Assembly: GCA_963733095.1 (NCBI GenBank)
Contig: CAVTBV010000004.1
Location: 1-64,000 of the forward strand
Length of the DNA stretch: 64,000 nucleotides
Origin: Candidatus Bathyarchaeota archaeon
GTDB lineage: Archaea > Thermoproteota > Bathyarchaeia > Bathyarchaeales > Bathycorpusculaceae
Direction of reading: 5' to 3'
In this document: in pieces, positions 27,960 to 37,631 of the stretch
How the letters are laid out: every line of letters starts with the position of its first letter
How positions within the stretch are numbered: position 1 is the stretch's first letter
The notes under the pieces: generated by a model
Databases searched by the model: none
What the model saw: the letters and a program-made list of their open reading frames with translations, nothing else
Told to the model about the DNA's origin: nothing
Translations under genes and position numbers: made by a program

Positions 27960-29912
27960 TTATTTTACTCTTTCAAGTCGGAGCGTGTTGAGTAGTAGCA
28001 GCATCGTTACTCCGTCGTCTCCTGATGCCACCGTAAACCATAACGGCGTCAAACCCATCAACCCCAACGCACCCAAAATCAACTTCACAACAAGCGATGC
28101 AGCTATGTTTTGTCTTGCGATAGTCATTGTTTTGTCGCTTAACTTGAGCAAATAGGGAATTTGGGCAAGTTCATCTTTGACCAGCACAACATCCGCAGAT
28201 TCCAAGGCAACATCCACTCCGCGTGCACCCATCGCGATTCCCACGTCAGAAGCCGCAAGGGCTGGAGCATCGTTAACACCGTCACCAACCATCGCAACCA
28301 AGCCACCCTTTCCCTTCATATCCTCAATGCATTGCAACTTATCTTCGGGAAACAGCTCAGAATGCACATCATCAATACCCAATGTATGCGCCGTATCGTC
28401 TGCTATCTCAGCTCTATCACCCGTTAACATGGCAGTCTTTACTTTAGATTGCTTTAGCAAACGGATAGCTTTCAAGGCGTCTTCCCTGACTTCATCAACT
28501 ACGCAAACAGCAGCCAAACCCGTTTTCCCAACCGAAACACAAACTGCAGTGTGGGTATCCCCGGCAATAACCTCAAAGGCTTCCGTGCAATCGCAGCCCA
28601 GCTCACGCATTAACTCCAAGTTACCGATTGCAACGTGTTTTCCGTTCACGATGCCCACAATTCCTTTGCCTGGGACCTCCAAAACATCAGTTACCGCGAC
28701 TTTGCTTAGGTCGATGCCTCGCTCTATAGCTTTGCGCACTATAGCTTGGGCGATTGAGTGGTTAGAATATTGGTCTAAAGCGGCTGCGTAAGTCAAAGCT
28801 TCAATTTCGCTTTTGGTGGTGTCGGGTCGTCTAATTTCGTGGACGGCTTGTCGCCCAAGCGTGAGCGTTCCTGTTTTATCGAAGACTACGGTTTTTACCT
28901 GTGCGAGTTTTTCGATGAAAATTCCGCCTTTTATTATCACACCCCTTTTCGCGGCGATTGTTATGGCTATGAAGACGGTTGCGGGAACAGATATTATGAA
29001 GGCGCTTGGACAAGATACCACAAGCAGGATGAGGGAGCGGTAGAACCATGTGCGGAAAGTTCCACCTACGAGATATGGGAGGGCACCAGCGGTGAAAATT
29101 GCCAGTGCAATCACGATGGGTACATAAACCTTAGCGAACCTATCAACCAACCGTTCTATCGACGCCTTCCTTTTCTGTGACTCCACTACAAGCTGAACAA
29201 TTCGCGAAACCAACGTTTCCGTAGCCTTCTTGGTAACCACAATCTTAAGCACCCCAGTCGTGTTTAGTGTGCCTGCGAAGACGCAGTCATTTATGTTTTT
29301 GGTCACAGGTACCGACTCACCCGTAACCAACGCCTGATCAACATGCGAAAAACCCTCAACCACGTTGCCGTCTAAGGGAATTCTTTCTCCAGGCTTAACA
29401 AGCAGAACCGCGCCAATTACAATTTCGTTTACATTGACGCTTTTTTCAGTGCCTTCACTTATTACGCGAGCGTTTTCAGGTATGACTTTGGATATTTTCT
29501 CGACTGTCCGTTTTGCCCTGTTTTGGATGTAGCCTTCAAAGTACTCTGCTAAACAGTAGAGAAACAGCACAGTTGCAGCTTCAAAACGGTAATCCAGGAA
29601 AAGTGCACCTAAACCTGCAACCGCCATCAGGAACTCAACGCTAAAGCGTTTCTCCAAAACCAGCTCTTTTAAGCCGACAGCCCCGATGTAGATAGCCGCG
29701 ATAAGTACTGCAACATAGTAGAGCACCATGGATAGGGTGGCTGGGACATTCAAGATTGGCATGGAGAAGCCAAGCTGCAAACCCTTGGCAAAAAGGTCCA
29801 GTAAGCCGCCGACAAGTATAGTTATGCCTAACCAAACAGCAAAGCCAACCAGAAGCCGCTTGTTTTCTTCGCCAGCTTTTTCTTTTTCTGGTTTCTCTTT
29901 ACAAGTGCCCAT
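27960..29912 (-). CDS. Heavy-metal P1B-type ATPase (Zn/Cd/Co-like)
   Basis: TGES, SCPS, DKTGT, TGD, GDGVNDAP; no N-terminal HMA domain. Confidence 0.9.
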   Translation of the reverse strand: MGTCKEKPEKEKAGEENKRLLVGFAVWLGITILVGGLLDLFAKGLQLGFSMPILNVPATLSMVLYYVAVLIAAIYIGAVGLKELVLEKRFSVEFLMAVAGLGALFLDYRFEAATVLFLYCLAEYFEGYIQNRAKRTVEKISKVIPENARVISEGTEKSVNVNEIVIGAVLLVKPGERIPLDGNVVEGFSHVDQALVTGESVPVTKNINDCVFAGTLNTTGVLKIVVTKKATETLVSRIVQLVVESQKRKASIERLVDRFAKVYVPIVIALAIFTAGALPYLVGGTFRTWFYRSLILLVVSCPSAFIISVPATVFIAITIAAKRGVIIKGGIFIEKLAQVKTVVFDKTGTLTLGRQAVHEIRRPDTTKSEIEALTYAAALDQYSNHSIAQAIVRKAIERGIDLSKVAVTDVLEVPGKGIVGIVNGKHVAIGNLELMRELGCDCTEAFEVIAGDTHTAVCVSVGKTGLAAVCVVDEVREDALKAIRLLKQSKVKTAMLTGDRAEIADDTAHTLGIDDVHSELFPEDKLQCIEDMKGKGGLVAMVGDGVNDAPALAASDVGIAMGARGVDVALESADVVLVKDELAQIPYLLKLSDKTMTIARQNIAASLVVKLILGALGLMGLTPLWFTVASGDDGVTMLLLLNTLRLERVK

Positions 29913-30302
29913 ATCTCAATCCCTGAGTTGCTTAAATAAAAAAATACGCCCAGCTATAAGAACAAAACATTGAATTAAAAGTATTCTAAAAACTTGAACC
30001 TTTCAGACGTTCTGTTTCTTAAAATGATAGTCTATTCTGTTTTCGAGCAAAACATCTATGAAAGCCGTACTTAGGCTTGATCCACCTCAAGTATCAACTA
30101 TTAACGAGCTTGTTTATTGTGAGCGACGTGTGCGACTGAGCGTTTTCTGTAGCTGGGCACTTCAAATTCAAAGAGCGATGTTTTCCTCAATGATTTCTCT
30201 CTCCGCCAGTGGATTAGTCGTTTTAGTTTAAAACATTTTCGCCGTTGCGTTAGCGTTTGTCATGTTAAGCAGGCACTAAACCCATATGTCTAAGGCTGCA
30301 CC

Positions 30303-30929
30303 CTAAAAGAAGCAGGGAATATATTCCCTCACTTTGAACTTTACACCTAAACTGTCAGCAACAGATTGAACTTTTGCTAAATCAACCTCAGGCACACGCA
30401 CCGCCGTAACCTCAACATCAAGCACGAAATTTGCTTTGCACACGAAATCTCGAACGGCTTCATAAGCATCCGGGGATGTAGGCCTGCAAATCTCATCGTA
30501 AGTTTTTTTGTCTCCAGCGTTTAAGCTCACGCTTACTTTATCTACGCCAGCCGCCTTCAACTCCACCGCAACGTCCCTGCTTGGGTTCAATGCATAACCG
30601 TGCCCATTTGTGTCCAAGCGAATCTGAAGCGGTCCCCCATAGTGCTGCCTCACCCACCGTGTAACTTCAAGCAAAACATCCAATCGCTCTGTAGGTTCGC
30701 CGAAACCACAGAAAACCAACTCCCCCCAACTCCTCCTATGCAAAGCCTTCTCAAGCTCAGCTTTGATTTGAACGGTGCTGGGTTCCGCTTCGAGTTTAAG
30801 ATTGAAGGCACCGACTCCGCGTTTGTAGCGTTTTAGGCAGAAATAGCAACTGTTGGAGCATTGGTTAGTTATATTTAGGTAGAGTGTGTTGTCCAGCCAG
30901 TAGACGAATCTTGGTTTTTCGTTTGACAT
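30303..30929 (-). CDS. TatD-associated radical SAM protein
   Basis: LYLNITN.CSNSCYFC, VFCGFGEP, DTNG, SVSLN. Confidence 0.85.
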   Translation of the reverse strand: MSNEKPRFVYWLDNTLYLNITNQCSNSCYFCLKRYKRGVGAFNLKLEAEPSTVQIKAELEKALHRRSWGELVFCGFGEPTERLDVLLEVTRWVRQHYGGPLQIRLDTNGHGYALNPSRDVAVELKAAGVDKVSVSLNAGDKKTYDEICRPTSPDAYEAVRDFVCKANFVLDVEVTAVRVPEVDLAKVQSVADSLGVKFKVREYIPCFF

Positions 30930-31167
30930 TTTGCCACCGCAGCATCTATGAAATGTTGTAGGTGTTGACTAAGAAAAACAATATCCTTCTCTACTAATTT
31001 TAAAATGTTAATTGCCGTGCAAATCGCCAATTCGCTTACCTCTCTTAGGCGATTGACCCTGTCCCTCCATCGTTTCAACATAGAACCTCTAATAGGATCC
31101 AAATTTGTTTCCTACCGAAAAAAAGTTCAAAAATTTGCGCCTGACGAAAAAGGGGTGCGCATATGTT

Positions 31168-31461
31168 TTATTCAACGGTTAACTTGCCGAATTTGCCAAC
31201 GTTAAGCTGAATTTCGCTCTTAAAGCTGGTAACATATCCGTTCTCGATTTTTATGTTGTCGCCGACATTGATTTGGTCAATCTGCTCGTTCCAAAGCGTC
31301 AATTTTACGCTACCCGTTTCATCTGCAACTACTGCGTCAACTATTCGGTAAGTTTCATCTTTGAATCGTGATTTAACTTCTCGCGGATCGCCTTTGTCAA
31401 CCACTTTGGCTTCAACGCTGACCCGCTTCATGCCATCCTGTAAATCTTTAATCGCAACCAT
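31168..31461 (-). CDS. ssb: Single OB-fold ssDNA-binding protein (crenarchaeal SSB-like)
   Basis: IKDL..G, DETGSV.LTLW, GD.I.IENGY, LNVGKFG. Confidence 0.85.
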   Translation of the reverse strand: MVAIKDLQDGMKRVSVEAKVVDKGDPREVKSRFKDETYRIVDAVVADETGSVKLTLWNEQIDQINVGDNIKIENGYVTSFKSEIQLNVGKFGKLTVE

Positions 31462-31587
31462 TTCAATTCACTTCTATAAACTGCTCACTAACAGACAGTT
31501 TTCAATTGCAAAAGTGACCTACAATCATATAAATCTTGCTAACTAAAAAAAAATGAAAAAAAGATGGGTAAACGTCTTTGGCGCTGC

Positions 31588-32871
31588 TTAGATTGCCCCG
31601 ACCAAGAAAATCAAGAGCAAGACAACTATAACTAAGCTTACGCCCGATATCGCGATCCGTTTGAGCATTGAGAACTCGGGTTTGAGTGCTCCAATAACAA
31701 TGGCGCCAACTGCTCCGAGCCACACGTAGGATACTAGGAACATACTCGAAACGATTGTTCTGAACGGCAGGGTTGCTGCGTCGATGTTGTTGAAGATTGT
31801 GTGTGACATTGCAGGTAATGTTCCTAAAGCGTCGGATGGGAAATATAATGCTGCGTATGGGTCAAAGCGCACTCCCAGCGATAGGTCGTAGGGATAGTAG
31901 ACTGTTGGCAATGTAAGGGTTGCTGCAAAGTTCACTAATGCTCGAATAACCATAACCATCATGGCAAAACCTATTGCCGTAAAAAGCGGCTTCCACAGCA
32001 CTGCGCTTTTCAGCAGATATCTGCAGAGAATGTAGATTAGCCCTGTCAGGATGAACCATGAGAAGATGAACTGCAGCGTGAACAGTTGCAGGAATTGGAG
32101 AAGGATTCCGGTGCTGTTGTATTGTACAGGGGTTAGGTATTCGCCGTGGAAGAACAACGCTCCGACTTGGATTGTTATGTTGGAGCTCGTGGGGTAAGTG
32201 AAAGAGAGTGTGAGTGATGTTATGTTGCTCCATGTTGGTGTGCCGCTTTCGGTCCAACCTGTAGCGTTGGGGCCTAGTGTGATTGTTAGGTTGTTCCATT
32301 GACCGATAGTTGATGCACTTGACAAGTCAGATGTTAAGTCATACTGATAGAAGGATGTGTCGCTGAGTGAATACAGCGCTAAAGTAACGTTTTGGGGTGC
32401 GCCATTGGGCTGCATCTGTTTTAGTGTTATGGAAAGGTTCTGGAATCCGCTTGGACTGCAGTCCACGTCAGTTGTGTTAGTCAAAGCAGCTACGATAGTG
32501 TTAGTGCCGTTGGCTTGCATCTGAAGACTGCTGTTTCCAAAGAGGCTATAGTATGCGTTCGAATCTGTTGGGGGAAGCCCAAAACCAGCTACATAAACAC
32601 TATAGTTGAAGAAGTCGTCAAAATTGTTGGTTAATGCAACGTTTGAGTTGCTTTGCCAGGCTGTCGCATTGATGAAATTGCCCAGTTGGTCGATTGTTGG
32701 CGTGGTCTGCTCAGTATAAGTTTTTGAGAACTGTGAGTACTCATAACCAATCGAGAGAGCAATGAATAGTACCAAAACAAGTATCGCGCCAAGATATTTT
32801 GGGTTTGAAACAATATCTTTAAAGACTTTGTGCGGCGCATAAATGACCTTCAGGATGTCGTTAATAATCAA
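31588..32871 (-). CDS. Yip1-like membrane protein with a large extracellular insertion
   Basis: KVIYAP.K.FK.I...P N-terminus, TM1, a ~200-aa N/S/T-rich domain, then further TMs. Confidence 0.6.
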   Translation of the reverse strand: MIINDILKVIYAPHKVFKDIVSNPKYLGAILVLVLFIALSIGYEYSQFSKTYTEQTTPTIDQLGNFINATAWQSNSNVALTNNFDDFFNYSVYVAGFGLPPTDSNAYYSLFGNSSLQMQANGTNTIVAALTNTTDVDCSPSGFQNLSITLKQMQPNGAPQNVTLALYSLSDTSFYQYDLTSDLSSASTIGQWNNLTITLGPNATGWTESGTPTWSNITSLTLSFTYPTSSNITIQVGALFFHGEYLTPVQYNSTGILLQFLQLFTLQFIFSWFILTGLIYILCRYLLKSAVLWKPLFTAIGFAMMVMVIRALVNFAATLTLPTVYYPYDLSLGVRFDPYAALYFPSDALGTLPAMSHTIFNNIDAATLPFRTIVSSMFLVSYVWLGAVGAIVIGALKPEFSMLKRIAISGVSLVIVVLLLIFLVGAI

Positions 32872-32991
32872 TCTTTTCGTTCCCTCGCAATGTGAAGCTA
32901 CATAGCATTTATTAAGTGTTATTCAAGTCGCAAATTAAGCTTACGATAAGTCGCTTAATTTAGGCAAGCTACGAAAAAGTGAGATGCTACG

Positions 32992-34500
32992 TTACATTCC
33001 TGTTTTGAGTCGCCGATAGGTTGTGTAGTCTACATACTCTATGAACGGGTTTTCTGCTTGGAATTTAACTGTGATTTTTTGGCGTTTGCGTTTGTCGAGG
33101 ATCTGGCTTGTTGTTCTAAGCAGGTATGCGTCGCTTCCGGCGCCTGAGCCGTAACTAGCAACCAAAATGCGTTCATCGGGTTTTGCAACATCAAGTACAG
33201 CCGCTAAACCTACGAGGGTGGCTCCAGAGTATGTGTTGCCGAACTTTGTTATTTGGATCGCGGGCAAATACTGCTCGTCTCTAAACCCAAGTTCTTTGGC
33301 GATTCTTACAGGGAACTGGGGGTTTGGCTGGTGGGGAACAAAATAGTTCAAATCCGAAGCCGAGATGTTGTGGCGTTCCATGATTTTGGTGGCCGATTTG
33401 CGTACGTGCTTGAAGTATGCTGGGTCACCCGTAAACCTGCCGCCATGCATGGGATATTGTTCGCCATCTCTGCGCCAGAAATCTGGAGTATCGGAGGTGC
33501 AGGAGTACCAGCCTTCGACTTCGGCTATGACGTCGCGTTTTCCAAATATGAATGAGGCGCCGCCGTATCCGACGTATGTGTCTAATTCTCCTCCTGCGCA
33601 GCCTCGCGGTGCTGCTTGGGAGTTGTCAGCGCCGATAACCATGGCGTAGTTTATTCCTGAACGTGGATAACTGACTAAGGCTGAGGCGTCTTTGAACATG
33701 CTTGTTCCGGCTTTGCAGGCAAATTCTGTGTCTACTGCGTCGACGCTTTGGATGTCTCCGTCTTCTTCCCCGAGCTGGAGAACTTGAGCAACTTTTGAAG
33801 CTATGGGTTTGACTGCGTAGGGGTTAGATTCCGAGCCCACATAGACTTTGCCTATCCATGCGCTGTCAAGGCCTGAGTGGATAAGCGCAAGTTTGCCCGC
33901 TTCAACAGCCGCCGTCACCGCGTCTTCATCGATGAATGGAACCGCACGTTCTAAACCGGGTTCTTTTATTCGAAAACGAGAAATGTAAGCGCCATAACCT
34001 ACAATTCCCGGCAATTCATATTCTTTAGTAGGCTCAATAACCCTGTATTCCTGGTGTGGATAGTATTCGTCGGCTAAGGTGAAAGCTAAAGAAATCGTTG
34101 GAACAACCTCGCTTTTTCCCACGGTATAGCGTCTTCGGAAGCGGGGAATTACTTCTCTGCCTTCGAGGCTGGCTAAATCCACATTGTCGCCATCACAGAT
34201 TAACTGGTCAGTTAGTCTTGCTGGAACACGGATTTTGCCGTCATGGAAAGAAACGATACCATAAACGTAGCTTGAGAGTTTGGTGAACTTGTTTGTGGGC
34301 TCGTTGACGTAGGTGCAGACTTCAAGTTTGCCCTTATCAAAGAACAAATCGATGCTGTCCATTTTGCCAAAGCTCTTTCTGCCACAGTTGCTACAGTAAT
34401 CGCGGACTTCAAAGTATTCTTTGCCACAGCTCTTACAGCGACATGCCTTTAAGCGGTCGCCTAAAAAAGAAACCCGTCGCTCTATCGGTTCACTACTCAT
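32992..34500 (-). CDS. DUF35 (Zn-ribbon + OB fold)-HMG-CoA synthase fusion
   Basis: N-terminal CKSC..CSNC plus OB-like region; HMGS motifs GSES.PYAVKP, FACKAGT, DTPDFWRR, HQPN, GNTYSG, SYGSGAGSD. Confidence 0.9.
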   Translation of the reverse strand: MSSEPIERRVSFLGDRLKACRCKSCGKEYFEVRDYCSNCGRKSFGKMDSIDLFFDKGKLEVCTYVNEPTNKFTKLSSYVYGIVSFHDGKIRVPARLTDQLICDGDNVDLASLEGREVIPRFRRRYTVGKSEVVPTISLAFTLADEYYPHQEYRVIEPTKEYELPGIVGYGAYISRFRIKEPGLERAVPFIDEDAVTAAVEAGKLALIHSGLDSAWIGKVYVGSESNPYAVKPIASKVAQVLQLGEEDGDIQSVDAVDTEFACKAGTSMFKDASALVSYPRSGINYAMVIGADNSQAAPRGCAGGELDTYVGYGGASFIFGKRDVIAEVEGWYSCTSDTPDFWRRDGEQYPMHGGRFTGDPAYFKHVRKSATKIMERHNISASDLNYFVPHQPNPQFPVRIAKELGFRDEQYLPAIQITKFGNTYSGATLVGLAAVLDVAKPDERILVASYGSGAGSDAYLLRTTSQILDKRKRQKITVKFQAENPFIEYVDYTTYRRLKTGM

Positions 34501-34502
34501 TT

Positions 34503-35690
34503 TTATGCCCTTCCTAGAATGGTAACATATGCTTTAGTGCCAAACCCCTCAAACTCCAAAACACCGCCATGTTGAGGTGAATCATTACCAACATGAACTT
34601 GTCTTTCGGCAGCTTCGCCGCGGAGTTGGCGGAAAATCTCATAAATCTGCGCTCCGCCAGTAGCCCCCAAAGGATTACCGTTTGCTTTTAAGCCGCCATC
34701 TGTGTTTACATAGAGCGGTTTGCCGTCTAGGTTATAGCAGTTTTGGCATCCATGAATGCTTTTCCAGGCGGTTCCAGGGGCGCAGAAGCCTAAGTCTTCC
34801 AAAGAAACCATCTCCATTACTGTTGACTGGTCGTAAACTTCGATTACTTGCAAGTCAGAGGGAGATACTTTAGACATTTGGACTGCTTTTTTCATTGCTA
34901 GTTCAGCTGCAACAAAATGGGACAGGTCTTCTCTTTTTGGATAGTTGAGGTAGTCGGTTGCTGAGCCAACGGCCAAGATGCTCACTGGCTGCTTTGTCTT
35001 TTTTTTGGCAACTGAGTCGCTTGTGAGGATTAGGGCTGATGCGCCATCTGAGATAGGCGCAAAATCGTAGAGTCCTAAGGGTTTATGCGCGGTTTTTCTT
35101 GCGCTTAGAACTTGTTCGATGGTGATTTTTTTTTGGAATTGGGCGTATTTGTTTTTGGTTGCGTTTGCATGGTTTTTAACGGTGACCTCTGCCAGCGCCA
35201 TGTTCAGGTTGTCGAGGTTTTCGCCCGTTATGTTGTGTTTTTTTATGTATGCGCGCAACATGAGTTCGTGGTTTGATTCGGGTGTGCCACCTGCGTAGTA
35301 ACTCCATGGGTCGTCGAGCAACATGAGGTCGTCGCGGATTTTGTCCCATCGATCCGTCATCTTCTCGATACCGCCCACCAACACGGTGCTGTAAACGCCT
35401 GCCTGAATCGCATGACAAGCCGTTAGCAAGGCGGCGCTAAATGAGCGGGTAACTTCCATGGGTACATGAAGTTCAGTTAGTTCTGAGAGGAAACCTTCTT
35501 CAAGACCCAGCTTGTTGGTGATGGGTAGAAAACAATCTGACATGTAACAAGCTTCTAGGTCTTTGCGTTCGATGTTGCATTCGTTTGAAGCGGCAAGCCA
35601 GGCTTCCTCGATAAGTTTTTCCGGTTCTTTGCCGTAGTGTTCTCCAAACTTGGTGCGGCCAACAGCAACGATAGCTGGGCGATTTTCCAT
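34503..35690 (-). CDS. Thiolase-fold protein lacking the canonical catalytic residues
   Basis: TKFG, GGIEKM, KNH.N...N..AQF, PISDGA.A, VNTDGGL, GATG..Q; the catalytic Cys and His positions are substituted. Confidence 0.85.
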   Translation of the reverse strand: MENRPAIVAVGRTKFGEHYGKEPEKLIEEAWLAASNECNIERKDLEACYMSDCFLPITNKLGLEEGFLSELTELHVPMEVTRSFSAALLTACHAIQAGVYSTVLVGGIEKMTDRWDKIRDDLMLLDDPWSYYAGGTPESNHELMLRAYIKKHNITGENLDNLNMALAEVTVKNHANATKNKYAQFQKKITIEQVLSARKTAHKPLGLYDFAPISDGASALILTSDSVAKKKTKQPVSILAVGSATDYLNYPKREDLSHFVAAELAMKKAVQMSKVSPSDLQVIEVYDQSTVMEMVSLEDLGFCAPGTAWKSIHGCQNCYNLDGKPLYVNTDGGLKANGNPLGATGGAQIYEIFRQLRGEAAERQVHVGNDSPQHGGVLEFEGFGTKAYVTILGRA

Positions 35691-35985
35691 AGTAATTCTC
35701 CCCTTTGGATAGCCTTAAACGTTTTCTAAAACAACTATTAAGTGTTTGCCAAATTGCCCCCGCAAATATGCGGAGAACAAATATGTCAATGTATAAAACC
35801 AAATATAGACATTGGAGGTGGGGGCAAAAAAGAGATTGCTAAGTAGTTTACACGAGAGAATTGATGGGTTTTTTTATAAGTGTGAATACCTAAAAGGATG
35901 CAATAAACTTTCACCGGAATTCCGACATGCCTGAAACAGCTATTGTGGCGAATATAGAAAGCGAAACCGCAAAAAAATAATCCGT

Positions 35986-37380
35986 TTAGAATCCCTTATT
36001 TATCTCATTTTTTGTTAACTGCGACTTGGTTGTTTTTATCAGGGTCTGAAGTTTTTGGCTCAGCTCCACAGGAAACACAGGAGCATTCGTCAATACCTTG
36101 TATTGGTCTGGCAGTTTAGACAGGTTTTCCGAGGCGGCAGTGCGGATTTGCTCAAGCGACGGAGAGTCACGGAAAGTTTTGCCGTTTTTCATTACTTGAA
36201 CTAGCAAACCCTCACCGCCCAAATCCTCATCAGCCAAAGCAATAACATCCCAGCTAAAACCGCCCTCTTTATCTTTAAAGCGGTAAACTTGCTTTCGCCC
36301 AGGAAGCGTGATCTTGTCTTTGCTCAGTTTCATTATTGGTGAGAACCTACCGTCTGCCATTTGGGTTTCGCAGAGTTTGTAGATGACATCCAGATAAGGT
36401 CGATCTGCGGACGTTCCCATTTTGGTCCCGACCCCAAACGCATCAATCTGAGCGCCCTCGTCGATTAGTTGTGTGATTTTGAATTCGTCCAAGTCGCCGC
36501 TGACAAAAATCTTAACATAATCCAAGCCGTTAGTGTCCAGGATTTTTCTGACTTTTTTACTGGTTTCGGTCAGGTCGCCGCTGTCCAATCGAACGCCGCC
36601 AAGTCTGAATCCTTTTTTTTCAAGCTCTTTAGCCACTATGACGGCTTTTTCAGCGCCCACTATATCATTGTAAGTGTCTATTAGGAGGGTGGATTTGTTT
36701 GGGAAGGTTTTGGCGAAGGCGCGGAAGGCGTCGATTTCTCGGGAGTAGGACATTATAAACGAGTGTGCCATGGTGCCGAAGACTGGAATCCCGTAAGCCA
36801 TCCCTGCAAGGACGTTACTTGTTCCTTGACACCCTGCGATGTAGCTTGAACGCGCCACTTTCATTCCCGCGTCAATTCCCGGTTCTCTTCGCAATCCAAA
36901 CTCAATCACTGATTTGCCCTTGGCGGCGTGGACTACCCGTGAGGCTTTGGAGGCTATCATGGTTTGCAGGTTGATAGTGTTTAAAAGAAAAGTCTCCACG
37001 AGTTGTGCTTCGATAATGGGTGCGGTAACGCGAATTAAGGGTTCTTTGGGAAAAGCCACGGTGCCCTCAGGAACAGCCCAAACTTCTCCCGTAAACTTGA
37101 AGTTGTGGAGGTATTCCAGGAAGTCTTGGCTGAACCCCTGATTTTTTAGGTAGTTCAAATGGTCCTCATTGAATTTTATGTTCTGGAGGTACTGCAACGC
37201 CTCTTCCAAGCCTGCAAAAAGAAAATAGCCTCGGTTTTCTGGCAACCGTCGTATGAAGAGGTCGAATGTGGCTGGCTCAAAGTCTTTGTTGTCAAAGTAG
37301 CTTGCACACATCGTTAACTCATAGTAGTCAGTGAATAAGCTCATGTTTTGCGGCTTAAGGAAGCCAAGAAAACTGTTCAT
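35986..37380 (-). CDS. pncB: Nicotinate phosphoribosyltransferase
   Basis: TDYYELTM, EFGLRR, GTMAHS, LIDTY, VRLDSGD, SGDLDE, FGVGT. Confidence 0.93.
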   Translation of the reverse strand: MNSFLGFLKPQNMSLFTDYYELTMCASYFDNKDFEPATFDLFIRRLPENRGYFLFAGLEEALQYLQNIKFNEDHLNYLKNQGFSQDFLEYLHNFKFTGEVWAVPEGTVAFPKEPLIRVTAPIIEAQLVETFLLNTINLQTMIASKASRVVHAAKGKSVIEFGLRREPGIDAGMKVARSSYIAGCQGTSNVLAGMAYGIPVFGTMAHSFIMSYSREIDAFRAFAKTFPNKSTLLIDTYNDIVGAEKAVIVAKELEKKGFRLGGVRLDSGDLTETSKKVRKILDTNGLDYVKIFVSGDLDEFKITQLIDEGAQIDAFGVGTKMGTSADRPYLDVIYKLCETQMADGRFSPIMKLSKDKITLPGRKQVYRFKDKEGGFSWDVIALADEDLGGEGLLVQVMKNGKTFRDSPSLEQIRTAASENLSKLPDQYKVLTNAPVFPVELSQKLQTLIKTTKSQLTKNEINKGF

Positions 37381-37631
37381 GCGCTAGTAGTAAAAGCAGA
37401 CAGGATTTAATTCTTTCTAACCCCCAGAAAATGCTACCGAGTTATGGGATCGTTGGTTTGCTGTTCTAACAAGTAGACTTAAAGGCAAATATTACAAACA
37501 AGGGGTTGATATCAAATTCCTCTAACTTTTTAGATCTAAAAGAATTTCACTTTCACTTAGCCCCCCACTGCGGAAAATAAATCATTATTCGCTTGTTTTA
37601 AATATCCCTAATCATACATCAACACTAAAGT

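Noticed and set aside
30058-30231. 57-codon ORF or HMA-domain relic upstream of the P1B ATPase
   Set aside because: No CxxC motif or recognisable family in any frame examined.
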